The notes under the pieces were generated by a model, which did not search any database, was not told where the DNA came from, and saw only the letters and a list, made by a program, of their open reading frames with translations. The position numbers and the translations under genes were made by a program. This document shows positions 25,308 to 38,451 of a stretch of DNA of 64,000 bases, piece by piece. Source of the stretch: Anolis carolinensis (Eukaryota). Position 1 is the first letter of the stretch. Every line of letters starts with the position of its first letter. The stretch covers positions 13,758,024 through 13,822,023 of the forward strand of contig NC_085845.1 in the NCBI RefSeq assembly GCF_035594765.1, read 5' to 3'.

Positions 25308-26290
25308 CTCTAGATCCTCCAGCATGACTAGAGGAAATTGACCATGGAGTCATACTGGAAGACCTAGAGATTCCTAGAGATAATTTTTAAATCACATTAG
25401 TGAATAATCAAAGCAGCCATGGTCAAAACTGCAAATGTGGAGGGATGACTGTCCAGCCTATCCACAAATTGTGTCTTTCCTTGTGAGCCTACCAGACTTT
25501 CAAGATCCTTGAGAGACACTGTTTGTTGGCCCGTCACATTACCATCACATGCTCATTTGGGAAGGGTTTTTTTAATTTGTTGCTCTGAGTTTATGGATTC
25601 CTTTCCATGGACAACTTGGCTAGTTCCTTTTCTTCTCTCCTTTTGCCAGCAAGCAAATAGAAGTTTTTTCCAAATTGGGGTTTGATAATGAATTGGTTGC
25701 AGGGGACCTTTTTGTGTGTTCAGGGGCTGAATTTATCATTTTGTTATGTTTTGAAACAATTTTGCACATTTTAAACTTCAGTGATGATTTAATATACAGC
25801 TTTTCATTGTGTATTTTAAACTTCTTATTATCAGTTTTTAAGATTTGTTTTGCTTTAGAATATTTGAAGCCCCCTTGGGCCTCATGCCAGGAGACAGGCA
25901 AGACATAAATAAACTAATCAATGTCAATAAGTAAATGACGTGCAAGGAGACATTACTGAGTATCCACTTCCAGTTTCCTAAAAAGCATATTTTCTATCAA
26001 AGAAAAATGTGATGGCTCTAAGAAGGACTTTTTATAGAGGAGAAGGAATATTTTTCATGGCTTCTAGGAACATGTTTCTCCATATTATTTGGTTGTTTCA
26101 TATTGGGAATTTCTGAGGACTAAGAGGGCTCATGAAGACAAGGATTGGGTCATATCCATCCATGGGTAGCTCATGCTTTGGGGCAGGAAGAGGGAAAATA
26201 CCGACTACCATAAGGCTCTAAGAATCCTTATATGTACTTTTCTTGTCAGTAAATCGTTGATTATAATTTCTTCTCTGTCTTTACTTTCAG

Positions 26291-26450
26291 CATGGCACAG
26301 AATGGACAGGTTCTGGGTGCCAATCATGCTCATGTGCAAACGGGGAGGTTTTCTGCACCTCCAAACCTTGTCCTGATGTTTTCTGTGAGAGAAATGAAGT
26401 AAGGTCCATCAGTCAAGAAGACTGCTGCCCACAATGTCTTAGCATTGGAG
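26291..26450 (+). CDS. FRAS1: FRAS1 coding exon (exon 5 equivalent), VWC2
   Basis: tttcag|...|gtgaga, 160 nt, phase 0-1; HGTEWTGSGCQSCSCANGEVFCTSKPCPDVFCERNEVRSISQEDCCPQCLSIG. Confidence 0.97.
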
Positions 26451-26623
26451 GTGAGAAGGTTTAATTTGGGAGGTGTCTTCTGTTCGTGGTTTTGTTCCTT
26501 AGATATGTAAGCAAATTTCCTTCTGCTACCACTGCCTTGTATCTCCCACAGATGGGTGTAATGTTTCCCTTACTGTCATGTATTAAAAGAGTTTTGTTTA
26601 AAAAGGATAGTAGGAAAAATCCC

Positions 26624-26951
26624 GGAGCCCCTGGTGGCACAATAGATTAAACCACTGAACTACTGAACTTGCTGACCAAAAGATTGGTGGTTTGAATTCA
26701 GGGAGCAGGAGTGAGCTCCCGCTGTTAGCCACAGCTTCTGCCAACCTAGCAGTTCGAAAGCATGCAAATATGAGTAGAGTGATAGGTACTACTCTGGCGG
26801 GAAGGTAACGGCGCTCCATGCAGTCATGCCAGCCACATGATCTTGGAGGTGTCTACAGACAACGCCGGCTCTTCAGTTTAGAAATGGAGATGAGCGCCAA
26901 CCCCCAGAGTCGGACACGACTAGACTTAATGTCAAGGGAAAACCTTTACCT
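26624..26951 (+). mobile_element. Sauria SINE
   Basis: Full-length match; approximate TSD AGGAAAAATCC. Confidence 0.92.
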
Positions 26952-28814
26952 TTTTTAAAAGGAAAAAATCCAGTGGTCCTACTCATGAACAAAATATCTG
27001 CTATATAGCTGACTTTCACCTTGAAACTTTGGGGAATTTGTGTTGGAAATGTGACCTGAAAAGAGATACCTCGGCTCACTTTATTTTTGTACTGCTTTGT
27101 AATAGCTGGATTCCCAATGCCCACCAGCTGCCATATTGCCCACATGCTTTCAGGGTATTATAGGATGTCATAGTATTTTTGTGGGCTTCCCGATATACAA
27201 TTCCTAGCAGTCCTACCAACATAGTTAATGATGGGAAACATTGGAGTTGCTGTTCTACAACATCTGGAAAGGCCATGTAATATCCACCCGCTAACCCCTA
27301 TAACCACAGAATCATTTCCATGATTCCACTTAACCACACTGGGGGAAGTGGTCTCTCTTGGTATTTGCTAAATCCTCCAATGCGATTCTATGGCATGCTT
27401 TCCTAGGGAGTTACTAGAGAGTCATCTGGTGGCTTAGCACATTCTTAGAGAGGATACTCTTCTAGACATCTCTAAACCTGGAGTGTTAAGCTTACTTTCT
27501 TCAAGGGCCACATCAGCCTTACCGTTGCGTTCAAAGGGCCATTGAATCCATGGATGGAAAGTCCATGGATACAGAGGGCCAGCTATAATTTTTGAACATG
27601 ATAGTTGGTGTTATTTCGTTTTTACCCAGTTTGGGTCCCCAGATGTTATTGAACAACTTCCATCACTTTGGCTGATCTGCATACGACTGGGGATAATGGG
27701 AATTGCATACCAACAGCACTGAGATTGGGAAAAGGTGAAAAGACATTTCAAAGTCTGGCTTCATACTCACAAGCCTTATATTTAAATTCAAACCCCACAA
27801 TCCTTACTAAGCAGAACGAACTTCTGGATGTGACTGTATCACATCAACTCTAGCCATGATGTCTAAGGATGAGAAATCCAGGAGTTGTAGTCTAGCATCT
27901 GGAGGGCCACATAAAATGACATGGAAGGCCTTGGTTTGACACATGTGCTCTAGAAACTTCTGTCAACTCTGTCCGTCTGTATCTGAAATTTCAAGTAACT
28001 GTGATCCAGCCAGGAACGTTTCCCCAATGGATGCGGGGGATATGCAAAGTGTCTTTTCTGTGCAGATTTGCTTAAGGAAGAATTGACCCTATTACTGTTT
28101 ATGGTGATTTATGCATGTTTTGAGCTTGATTTTCTGGCTTTCCATCTCAGCACTAGCGTGCATTTACATGATTATTTTAGAGAGGGAGCTCTCAGAATTG
28201 TACAGTACAGTACATGCATTGATTTTGGATAGGTTTTCAACTAATTTCGTGGAAGTTGGCAAAGGGGAAAGTGTGTCAAGTCCTGCTGTTCCTCCAAATC
28301 TCACAATCCCAAGGCGATAGATGTCTTTAATACTTAAGTGATTATTTTGCTCATATAAATATGATAATAAATATGCCTGGCATTTCTGCTATAGAGACTG
28401 AGGCACATGTCTCAAGTGATACATAGTGGCTCCTGACCCCTGTTGCGGGTCTGACCCATGCCTACGATATAATCTCCTAAACTGGTTTGCTGACACTTTG
28501 GGTGCGGTGGAAGGTGCTATCTCAGTCCCGGTATCAAAATAACAGACACAGCTGGCAATACATTCAGTTTCTGTATATGGCACACTAGAATGGGGGGGGG
28601 GGAGTATCTTATCCTTTACCTCAAATAGCAAATTATCTAGGTCTGGCCCTGTGTAATAAAACAGAAATACAACAGAGCAAAGTTCAAGCAACTCATAATG
28701 AGGCAGTGGCTTTAACTGGGAGCAGCGGAAAATGAACAGAATCAGGGACATGAAGTTGCAGTCATAAAGCACAAACTGTTTTAAGAAGGAGTGGAGGAAG
28801 AGATGAAGACTCAA

Positions 28815-29298
28815 GACCCTTCTGCACTATTATATAATCCAGGTTATTAGAGAAAATAATCCACATCATCTGCTTTGATCTGGATTATATGAGTTTAGGG
28901 TAAAGGTAAAGGTTTCCCCTGACCTTAAGTCTACTTGTGTCCGACTCTGGGGGTTGGAGCTCACCTCCATTTCTAAGCTGACGAACTGGCATTGTCCAAT
29001 TACACCTGTTCAATTACACATGTGGCCAGCATGACTGCATGGAATGCTTTTACCTTCCCGCCAGAACGGTACTTATTGATCTACTCACATTTGCATGAAT
29101 TCAAACTGCTAGGTTGGCAGAAGCTGGGGCTAACAGTGGGAGCTCACCCTGCTCCCTGGATTCGAACTACTAACCTTTCAGTCAGCAAGTTCAGCAGCTC
29201 AGCAGTTAACCCCAGTGGCCCTTATATGAGTTTACACTGCCATATAATCCAGTTTAAAGCATATAATCTGGATTTTATGTCGCAGTGTAGAAGGGGCC
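28815..29298. mobile_element. Palindromic MITE (Harbinger-like) interrupted by a Sauria SINE
   Basis: gacccttctgcact...gtgtagaaggggcc; uninterrupted copy at 56646-56793. Confidence 0.7.
28898..29221 (-). mobile_element. Sauria SINE
   Basis: 13-bp TSD TTATATGAGTTTA. Confidence 0.9.
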
Positions 29299-29966
29299 TC
29301 TGGGTGCATCTGCAGTGTAGAATTAATGAACTTCGATGCCTCTTTTACTGCCATGGCTCAGTGCTGTGGAATCCTGGGAACTATAGCATTACAAGGTCTT
29401 TAGCCTTTTCTACCAAAGAGTGCTGCTGTCTTGTCAAACTACAAAGCCCCTAATTCCATAGCATTGGGCCATGCCAGTTGGAGTGGTGTCAAACTGCAGT
29501 AATTCTCCAGTGGAGAACTGTAGAGACTTCTAGAGAGAACATTTTAATCAAATCCGTGAATAATCAAATCTGCAAATGCAGAGGGTTCACTGTAATTCAT
29601 CTTGTTTCATTTGTGGAATTCTGCAGTTGAATAGCTAAATTAGGTAGTTTTCCAAGTTATTTATAAATCAAATTAAGTAGTATTGATCCATAAGACCCTG
29701 TTAGGAAAGTCATGGTGAGGCAGTACTTTTCTTAGGACCAACATGACATGCAAAAAACTGTGGCTAAGTAAAGGCGCTTTGAGTGTTAGATAAAAGATTG
29801 CCATGTGGTGTTGCATGTTCATTTGGCCACAAGAGACATGTTTATAGGACTATGTGAGTAAAGATGTGGTATATCTTGTGGTGAGCCTGTCCTCTAAAAA
29901 TTAAATTACTGTGATTGCACAGCCTCTATAATATTTCATGAAAATGTTCTCTCCAATACTTTTTAG

Positions 29967-30100
29967 AGACCTGCTTTTTCGATGGCCAGGTTTTCCGGGA
30001 TGGTGAGGAATGGCGATCCGGTCGTTGTGCCAAATGTATTTGTCAGAATGGGACCATGGAGTGCTTTACAGCGCTTTGTCATCCTGTGTCGTGTAATGAG
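29967..30100 (+). CDS. FRAS1: FRAS1 coding exon (exon 6 equivalent), VWC3
   Basis: ttttag|...|gtatga, 134 nt, phase 1-0; (E)TCFFDGQVFRDGEEWRSGRCAKCICQNGTMECFTALCHPVSCNE. Confidence 0.97.
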
Positions 30101-30498
30101 GTATGATTATGCATGCTGTCAACTTCTTTGCATTTTATTAGCTTAAAAAAACCCATAATTAGGCAATGTATATCCTCGCTGGAAGTTGCTGTCCAGGCAA
30201 AAGAATGTCGTTATTGAAAATATAAATTAGAATTGGATTACCAGGCATCATCGTCCTGTTTTCCCCTGCATCACTGCTCACTAGGGCTAAGATGAAAGGG
30301 ACAAAGTTTGGGAAGGTTAGGTTCTCAGAATCCGAAGACTATAATGTCTGATGGCATTAAAAACCCACGGATCATTTTAGCTGGGGGACTTTAGGAATTA
30401 TAGTGCTCAAAAGTTACATTTCCAAGCTTTAGAGGGATCTGAGAAGGCTTTTCCCTCTGTTTGTTTAGCAGTTGGTGGAGAGCAACAGAGAACAGTTA

Positions 30499-30786
30499 CA
30501 CTGGCCGACACATATTTTGGTGCCTGAAATGTTAGCCTGTTTCCAGGTATATTTGACCTTCTAAATCCAAAAAATGCTGCCAGTTTACCCCTATCAGCTG
30601 TAGTTTCTGAGATATAGAACATATGCCAGTAGCCATCTGCTCGCCCATAGAAAACCATGATAACCATATCTAAGAAACTAGAGCTGATGTGGTTGATCCA
30701 ATGCTATTTTCTGCATCAGCATCCCAAAGAACACCAGGAACAGATCTAAAAACTCAAGACACCAAGAACATTTTTGTTGGGCTTTG
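30499..30786 (+). mobile_element. Chapaev3-like MITE
   Basis: CACTGGCCGACA...TGTTGGGCTTTG termini flanked by TTA on both sides; SINE-interrupted copy at 49963-50672. Confidence 0.6.
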
Positions 30787-31650
30787 TTATCCATTCTCAT
30801 TGAGAGCAGGCTCTTCATGATTCCATTGGGTTTAATCTGCTCAAATGCATGACAATCTGGCAGAATTACACAAGTATCTGATCATTTAGAATCAGCTTCA
30901 GAAAGATGAACCACCATTTATCTCTTAGTTGAAATGTTCCTTCCTCACCACACTGGTTCTTACTTTTGCAGATTTGAGTATTAACAGATTTGACTAACAT
31001 GTTCGCACTAGGAATATCAAGGTCCTCCAATATGACTTTTAGTTAACTTCTGCCAAAAGTTGACCATGGAGTTGCACTGGAGGAATTAGAGATTTCTAGA
31101 AAGAACACGCTTTGATGGTCAACGTCTGACAAAGCTTGTCCATAAGGGTTGTGCTAGAGGAACTTATGCTAGAGGGTATATCTCTATTGTAGAGGATGTC
31201 TTGAGGAAGATCTTTAAATGGGGAGAAGTAAAAACTATTTAATAGCCTGTAATAATATTTAGACTGTTTTTTGCACACAGCACAAAAAGCTTATTCAGGT
31301 TTTTCTTGTATGATTTGTTCAATTCCTGAATTCTCTAGATTAGGATGGAATGCGAGGAGAAACTGAAAATACATTCCAGTCAACAGTTGGCACTCATTGG
31401 CATTATAGATCAATTTAAGTACACATTTAAGCTTCACGCGTGCAAATGAGCATAATGTTTGTCAAAAATGATCAAAGCTCTTTAAGTATATTGTCCAAGT
31501 AATTCCTAATGACAACCCTGTAAAAATGGGCTGCTCCCAAGTTTTTCTTGGTTGAGTTGAGACACAAACATTTAGTTTTCCTTCCAGTTTCCATCTCATG
31601 ACCTTGTGGTGAGTCCAGAGGATTAGTTTGGAAAGAGAGCTAGAGATTAT

Positions 31651-31869
31651 GGGTGCATCTACACTGTAGAGTGAATGCAGTTTGACACCACTTTAACTGC
31701 CATAGCTCAATTCTATGGAACCCTGGGAATTGTAGTTTTACAAATTTTTAGCTTTCTCTGCGCAAAAGAGCTCATGCTTCACCAAACTACAACTCCTTGG
31801 ATTCCATAGCATTGAGCCATGGCAGTTAAAGTAGTGTCAAACTGCATTAATTCTACAGTGTAGATGCAC
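31651..31869. mobile_element. Palindromic MITE (GGGTGCATCTACACTG TIR; Harbinger-like)
   Basis: Long inverted arms; partial copies near 9935-10070, 29301-29510, 32935-33090, 42061-42131 and 62177-62335. Confidence 0.8.
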
Positions 31870-32580
31870 ATGTACTGCTTCTTTGTTTTTGTTTTTTTGC
31901 AGAGCTTGAGCAGTTATGCACTTTAAAAATAATTAGTCTCGAGGTCCTAGTTGCTGTTAATTAAAAATGTTCAAAAACCTTTCTTTCTAGTTATTCAGAG
32001 TTAATTGATATAGTTGTTTGTTATTTCTCTTTTTTTGTTTGTTTGTAAACACAGGCTGCTGCAAGCCTGTGGTGCAAACTGTTTCAAAGCAAACAGGTCA
32101 CATACAGCCTTTAACTATAAAACTGCTGAAGTTGTATTAAAAAAGGAGTTGCTGTCTCACATAATCACAATTGTAACACAAGTTTGTTATTGCAAAAATT
32201 TAATTATCAGTATTTTCTGTTTGTGACATGCCAACCTCTGGTTAAAAAGTACTGAAAATTCAGCCAGGATTTCAGAGTTGTAGTGTGGTATTGTGAGATA
32301 TTTGCCATTCTGTGATGGAGAGCTATGATGTCACAACAAATTAAAAATCTCAGGATTACAAGAAATGGAGCTATGGTTGTTAAAGTGGTGCCAAACTGCT
32401 GTAATTCTGCAGTGTGGCTGGTCTCTTATTTCCTTGTATGTGGTATGAAATGACTCATATAAAATGACTCTTGTGAGGCATTTTTAAACGCACTGTGTTT
32501 TTGCCAAGCATTTTTGCCCCATTTCATTAGTATGCATTTCTAATCTTAATTGTTGACTACAACTGGGGATATAGTAGTAA

Positions 32581-32841
32581 AAGTAAAGGTAAAGGTTTTC
32601 CCCTGACATTAAGTCTATTTGTGTCCGACTCGGGGGGTTGGTGCTCATCTCCATTTCTAAGCTGAAGAGCCAGCGTTGTCTGTAGACACCTTCAAGGTCA
32701 TGTGGCCGGTATGACTGCATGGAGCGCCATTACCTTCCCACCAGAGCGGTACCTATTGATCTACTCACATTTGCAAGTCTTTTTGAACTGCTAGATTGGC
32801 AGAAGCTGGGGCTAACAATGGTTTAACCCGCTGCGCCACCA
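32581..32841 (-). mobile_element. Sauria SINE with internal deletion in the head
   Basis: Tail and core intact; gctaaca joined directly to atggtttaacccgctgcgccacc. Confidence 0.88.
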
Positions 32842-33091
32842 TATACTAGTAGATGACACAAAAAGTTAATTTTTTTAATGACAGTATCTAACATTCCCCT
32901 AGCCAGTATAGCCAGTGTTATTTCTAAAACTTCAGATGTATCTATATTGCATAATTAATACAGTTCAATATCATTTTGAACTACCATGGCTCAAGGCTAT
33001 GGAATCACCAAACTACAAATTCCATGATTCCATAGCATTGAGCCACAGTAGTTAAAGTGATGCTAGTCAGCATTAATTCCATAGTGTAGAT

Positions 33092-33290
33092 TTGTTTATC
33101 ATATCAGAAACTAATTGAGAATATACTGCAAGTCATTTCTCGTGTAAAAGAATTGGCCGTCTACAAAGACGTTGCCCAGGGGACACCCGGATGTGTTACA
33201 ATCCTGCTGGGAGGCTTCTCTCATGTCCCCGCATGAGAGAAGTCTCACAGATTTGAACCACCAACCTTCAGATCAGCAGTTTAGCCAGCA
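33092..33290 (-). mobile_element. tRNA-derived SINE (CTGACAC-tail family), decayed
   Basis: gttgcccaggggacacccggatg..gggaggcttctctcatgtcccc. Confidence 0.8.
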
Positions 33291-34478
33291 CTGTAGATTC
33301 ACCTTTGGATTAAAACCAATCCTTGAGATGCACTGCCTCCAAAGAGGACATAGATGCAACCCTTTGTCCATGAACCCAAAGTCCCATTCCCCTATTGCTT
33401 TAAAAAGTCATTTACTTTCCAAAACCCCATCCTCTCCATTTCAAATTCAGCCAACACGTTAAAAAACGCTGGGATTGATGGTTGCCTGTCCTCCTTTTCC
33501 CCTTTTTGCTCTTCATCACATTCCTTTTTGAAAACATTTGCCAGAATGGATCCCTTGATGTCTGGCGTTAGTCATCCAGGTTTCTAGAAACCTTGGCCCG
33601 GAAGGCAACAGGCAAAGAAGAGCTCTGCCATCATCTTCATGCCATAAAAGCGTTTCTCTTTTAAGATCTCCCCCACCTGCCTTTTAAGCATCCAGGTGTT
33701 CACATTAGTAATGTCAGCTATTTTTTTTGATGAGGGTATATAAACGCTTTTAGTGGGGGAGGCATACTAAAAAATGTTCCACGCTCGTTCAGCTCTGTAG
33801 CGGAGATGAAGAGCTAAAAGAAATGAGCCTTACAAGAAATTTATGGAAAATACCTAAATGTTTCCATCTCACCCCTCTTTTCCGATGTGCCGTTATCTCA
33901 AAATTGATCATGCTGGTATTTAATCAGCTGGTTGCTCGAATGCCGTGGAACATGGAAGAAATATATTGGCGACTTGAGAAGGGTGTGAATAATCAGATTG
34001 GAAATCTCTGTCCTAATGCGAAAATATCAACCCACTCCCTCTTCAGCTAATTTTCAAAATCATTGATGGATTCCCTAACAAGAGACTCTGATGGAAAATG
34101 CATTAATCTTAATGGTGGGAATCCTACCCTGTTCATTCTTCTCTTTCCTTTTTTTTACCTCTCCACTGCCTTTTATTCGTGTACTGGTAAAGTGGCTATC
34201 AGTAGTACAAGCTGTGAATATTTGGAGAAGGCAATCTGAAAGGGAAGGGCTGGAGAAAGAAAAAGCTATTTAAACAGGGCCTGGGGTCATGGCTAAGAGG
34301 CAAAGAGTGTATCCAGGTTGGATTTTTTAGTTCAAACTTTAAAGGAGTTTTTAAAGATATAGAAACTATTTTAGCTCAAGTGCTAAACCTGAAAGCAGAT
34401 GTTGTCTGTCCATGTACTTTCTTCATATGAAGCTTCTTCATATCCACCCTGAGTCCATCTAATAATAAAGTTTTATTA

Positions 34479-34799
34479 CAGTAGAGTCTCACTTATCCAA
34501 CACACTCTTATCCAACATTCTGGATTATCCAACACATTTTTGTAGTCAATGTTTTCAATACATCGTGATATTTTGGTGCTAAATTGTAAATACAGTAATT
34601 ACTACATAGTATTATTGCGTATTGAACTACTTTTTTATCAAATTAGTTGTATAACATGATGTTTTGATACTTAATTTGTAAAGTCATGACCTAATTTGAT
34701 GTTTAATAGGCTTTTCCTTAATCCCTCCTTATTATCCAACATATTCGCTTATCCAACATTCTGCCAACCCGTTTATGTTGGATAAGTGAGACTCTACTG
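34479..34799 (-). mobile_element. Tc1/mariner-superfamily MITE
   Basis: CAGTAGAGTCTCACTTATCCAA TIRs, TA TSD. Confidence 0.9.
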
Positions 34800-35357
34800 T
34801 ATTAGTATTAGTTTTGACTTAGGGTGGCTTACACTGACATTGCCATGCAACTCTGTTGATATAAGAGTCGTCATCTGCCACATTTGAAGGAGATCCTTGG
34901 TTGAAGCTTCATTATTTTCTTCTTTAAAGTCAATGGTTCCCTCTTAGATTTGCCGGAATTCAACTCCAGGATTCACATTTCAAAGCTTTAGCCGTTCCCC
35001 CCCCCCCCCCCCCCGTTCTACTATGGATCAATGAAATTAATGGGGTTCTGTCTGAAGCAACAGAAACAAACCTCTTTGCATCAGAAACGCTCCCTCTCTG
35101 GTTAAGGAGAATACATATACAACTTGTCTTTGTAATAGATAAGACTTTATACAAGGAATATTTACAGTATAGCAGAAGACCCGGATTCTTCTCAAGTCCT
35201 TCTTCCAGACACTCCCAGGTAGTTGAAACCTTCTCACTTGCAAAAGGCTTTCACTGGTCTTATTCTCCCATTCTTCTGTATCTTTGTAGCTTTCTCTCTA
35301 ACAGCAGCTCTTCATCAACACAAATCCTTCCACACCAACTAAAGATACTTTAGTATC

Positions 35358-35575
35358 TTTATTTATTTACACCATTTATATTCCGCCCTTCTCACCCCGA
35401 AGGGGACTCAGGGTGGATCACATTACACATATAGGCAAACATTCAATGCCTTTTAACATGGAACAAAGACAGACAAACATAGGCTCCGAGTGGGCCTCGA
35501 ACTCATGACCTGGTCAGAGTGATTCATTGCAGTGATTCATTGCAGCTGCTCTCCAGCCTGCGCCACAGCCCGAGC
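35358..35575 (-). mobile_element. Short tRNA-derived SINE with L2-like (AAAT)n tail
   Basis: Head shared with 57289-57790 (gctgtggcgcaggctgg, gagttcgaggcc); middle absent. Confidence 0.75.
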
Positions 35576-35824
35576 TGCTCCACCCTGGCTGTAAAGTAAC
35601 AGGTGGCTTGATTCTTAATGCTTACGATATGGTTGGGATTGATCCTTACACTTTCTTATTGTCACTTAAGAAAGAACATACTGAATAATTCTGACAGGAA
35701 GAACACTCCAGTATTGAAATAAAAAATACATTCAAATGGGATGCCAGGTGTATTGAAATACTATTTGTGAATATTATGGAATGATAGAACAATGGGAGGA
35801 GGGATGGAAAAATGCAACTTATGG

Positions 35825-35826
<2 letters not shown>

Positions 35827-35871
<45 letters not shown>

Positions 35872-35932
35872 TTTATTGTTGTTATTATTATTTTGTGTCT
35901 CCCAGGTTGGTACCACATTGTTGTTGCTGTGT

Positions 35933-35992
<60 letters not shown>
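35827..35992. repeat. (TTA)n and (TAA)n microsatellites in inverted orientation
   Basis: (TTA)n 35827-35892, ~45-bp spacer, (TAA)n 35937-35992. Confidence 0.95.
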
Positions 35993-36540
35993 TATTTGTA
36001 GACCACCCTATCTTCCCGAAGGGACTCAGGGCAGTTTCCAACATATATGGCAAACATCCAATGCCAAACAAGAAAAATATATACAAATTCCTCTACTGTG
36101 TCTCCAACTTGACTCTTAGATTTATTCAGAAGAGATTTGCCTTTTCCTTCTACTTAGGCCTAAAGAATATTACTTGCTCAAAATCATGAAGTGGGTAGGT
36201 GCATCTATCCTAGTCCAATGGTCAAGCCATCACACAAAGCTGACTTTAAGAACAAAAGTCAAACTTGGTGACAATGCCAAACGTGCCGAATTATTTGCAG
36301 CCAAATTTGGTGACTCTGCCATAGCAAAAAACACCACCACCAAAATCTTCAAAAATCCTCCTCCTTCTCATCTCCTCTTTTCTTCTTCCACTTTATAATC
36401 CCTTTTTTGGGCTACAGATTATGGTTATGCTGCTGGTTGAGGGATCTTGAAAGTAGTTGTCCAAATAAAAAAGTACACTACTTGATACTCGACCTCTCTT
36501 ATATTTGCTTTCTTTGTTTATCCCGTCTGTTGGTGCTTAG

Positions 36541-36624
36541 GGAGAAAGTGTGGTTGTTCCAGCTGGAAAATGCTGCCCGGAATGTACTCAGAAATCTTGC
36601 TCCGTATCTGGGAGAGCATATAAG
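36541..36624 (+). CDS. FRAS1: FRAS1 coding exon (exon 7 equivalent)
   Basis: gcttag|...|gtaacc, 84 nt; GESVVVPAGKCCPECTQKSCSVSGRAYK. Confidence 0.96.
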
Positions 36625-37184
36625 GTAACCCTTTGATGAAAGCACACAAGAACCAACTTGACCTGAGATATGTGACACATCGCTGTACCTTTGCTGCACT
36701 TGAGGTCTTTGCCAGAAGTGATAACTTTTTGTAGTGTGTGTTTTTTTGTCCTTAAATTAATTGCTTTCCCCCTCCTCATCCTGGGAAGCCTAATGAATTG
36801 AAAGGGATTAGGCACCGAAAGGAATGTGCTGGCAAGAGGGAACTTGGTTCACAAGCCAGTATAGATAAGACCCGTTACTGTTAACATATTTTGCAAAGTG
36901 GTGGGTGGGGAGATGGGAGAAGGTGAATAACAGGCATTCCTAGTGAAGGTGATGGCTGAGTGTGATATCATTGGGAAGACATGCATTGCATTATAAGAGG
37001 CATGGGATACGTGGACCCTCCAAGTTATTGTCATACTACATCTCCCAAGAGACCAATTTAAATCATTGTTCACTTTCAATGGTACCTTTGGAACAACCTT
37101 GTGAGGCTGGATTGAGATGGGAAGAGACATATCACAAGATTTCCAGGAGAGTTTCATCTCTAGGGTGGGATCGGAATGTGCCTC

Positions 37185-37254
37185 TTCATGGTCACAGGCT
37201 TCCTTCCACTTTGTTGATGTTAACATGAAGTGGAAGGAAGCCTTTGACCATGAA
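37185..37254. ncRNA. Pre-miRNA-like hairpin (candidate)
   Basis: 27-bp arms ttcatggtcacaggcttccttccactt / aagtggaaggaagcctttgaccatgaa with one mismatch and a 16-nt partly paired loop; the hairpin is certain, RNA function is not. Confidence 0.4.
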
Positions 37255-37569
37255 CTGAACAAATGCCGAACATATATCCAAATGCCAAAGTCCATTGACA
37301 GTGGTTTCAACAGAAACAATTGTTTCCTAGCACTCTACATACATTATAGCACTGTTTGATATCCTTGCTGCAAGTAGGTCCTCATGCCCATTTTACTCCA
37401 TCTCACTTCTAATCCTAATGCAGGTCATGTACCAGACCAAGGAGATTTTTCACTATACATATGCTTCCCTGTCACCTTGGCTTGATCCCTAACTGGACCG
37501 ACAATAGTTTTCAACCCCTTCACCACATCTTTTGCATATCTGTTCAAAGACAAATGCATCATATCTATG

Positions 37570-37902
37570 TATACGTGAAGGGAAGTCATAGCGAGGAGGG
37601 AGCAAGCTTGTTTTCTGCTGCCCTGCAGACTAGGACACGGAACAATGGCTTCAAACTACAGGAAAGGAGATTCCACCTGAACATCAGGAAGAACTTCCTC
37701 ACTGTGAGAGCTGTTCGACAGTGGAACTCTCTCCCCGGGGCCGTGGTGGAGGCTCCTTCTTTGGAGGCTTTTAAGCAGAGGCTGGATGGCCATCTGTCGG
37801 GGGTGCTTTGAATGCGATTTCCTGCTTCTTAGCAGGGGGTTGGACTGGATGGCCCATGTGGTCTCTTCCAACTCTACTATTCTATGATTCTATGATTCTA
37901 TG
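37570..37902 (+). mobile_element. CR1 LINE 3' end, young
   Basis: Open ORF2 C-terminus RTRNNGFKLQERRFHLNIRKNFLTVRAVRQWNSLP..APSLEAFKQRLDGHL; (ATTCTATG)n tail; possible TSD TCTATGTAT. Confidence 0.93.
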
Positions 37903-37942
37903 TATTCAATGAAGTAGACTGGGAAGCATCTATACTGTAGAC

Positions 37943-38077
37943 CAGTGATTCTCAACCTGTGGGTCTCCAGATGTTTTGGCCTTCAACTCCCAGAAATCCT
38001 AACAGCTGGTAAACTGGCTGGGATTTCTGGAAGTTGTGAGCCAAAACATCGAGGGAACCACAGGTTGAGAACCACTG
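37943..38077 (+). mobile_element. Short hAT MITE with SPIN-type TIRs
   Basis: Same family as 22811-22945; TSD CTGTAGAC/CTGTAGAA; inserted in a gcatctatactgtag MITE. Confidence 0.88.
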
Positions 38078-38451
38078 CTGTAGAATGAATGCAGTTTGAC
38101 ATCAGTTTCACTCATGGAAGTCATAGATTTGCAGGGAGTCCTGGTGCCTCACCAGATAAGCTTCTGCTCCAAATCTCTTGTAGCTAATTTTAAAGGTGCT
38201 AAAAGATCTTTAAATCTTCATAGAGTTCCTTGATGGGATCAGGCAGCTCCTTTAATACTAGATGATTAATTTTGTTCTTGCAAATAGGACAGGAGGACAT
38301 GAACCCAAATGTTATCCGTGGCCCAAGCCATCTGTTTTCTAGAACCTGGCAACAGCACTGCAAGTGGAATATGTGACTACAATCCAACTGACTACAGTCC
38401 ATTCATATATGAATTAAATAATGAGAACATATGCTTCTTTGTGTTGGGCAG

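Noticed and set aside
34960-35345. Purine-rich minus-strand frames as partner exons of a nested gene
   Set aside because: All frames are interrupted and there is no consistent splice pair
35646-36189. Long ORFs with poly-Leu/Ile/Asn tracts (also 48155-48571, 39861-40168, 46989-47621)
   Set aside because: Translation of trinucleotide microsatellites
36849-37319. 156-aa minus-strand ORF
   Set aside because: No recognisable domain or splice support; its mirrored peptide words come from the DNA hairpin at 37185-37254
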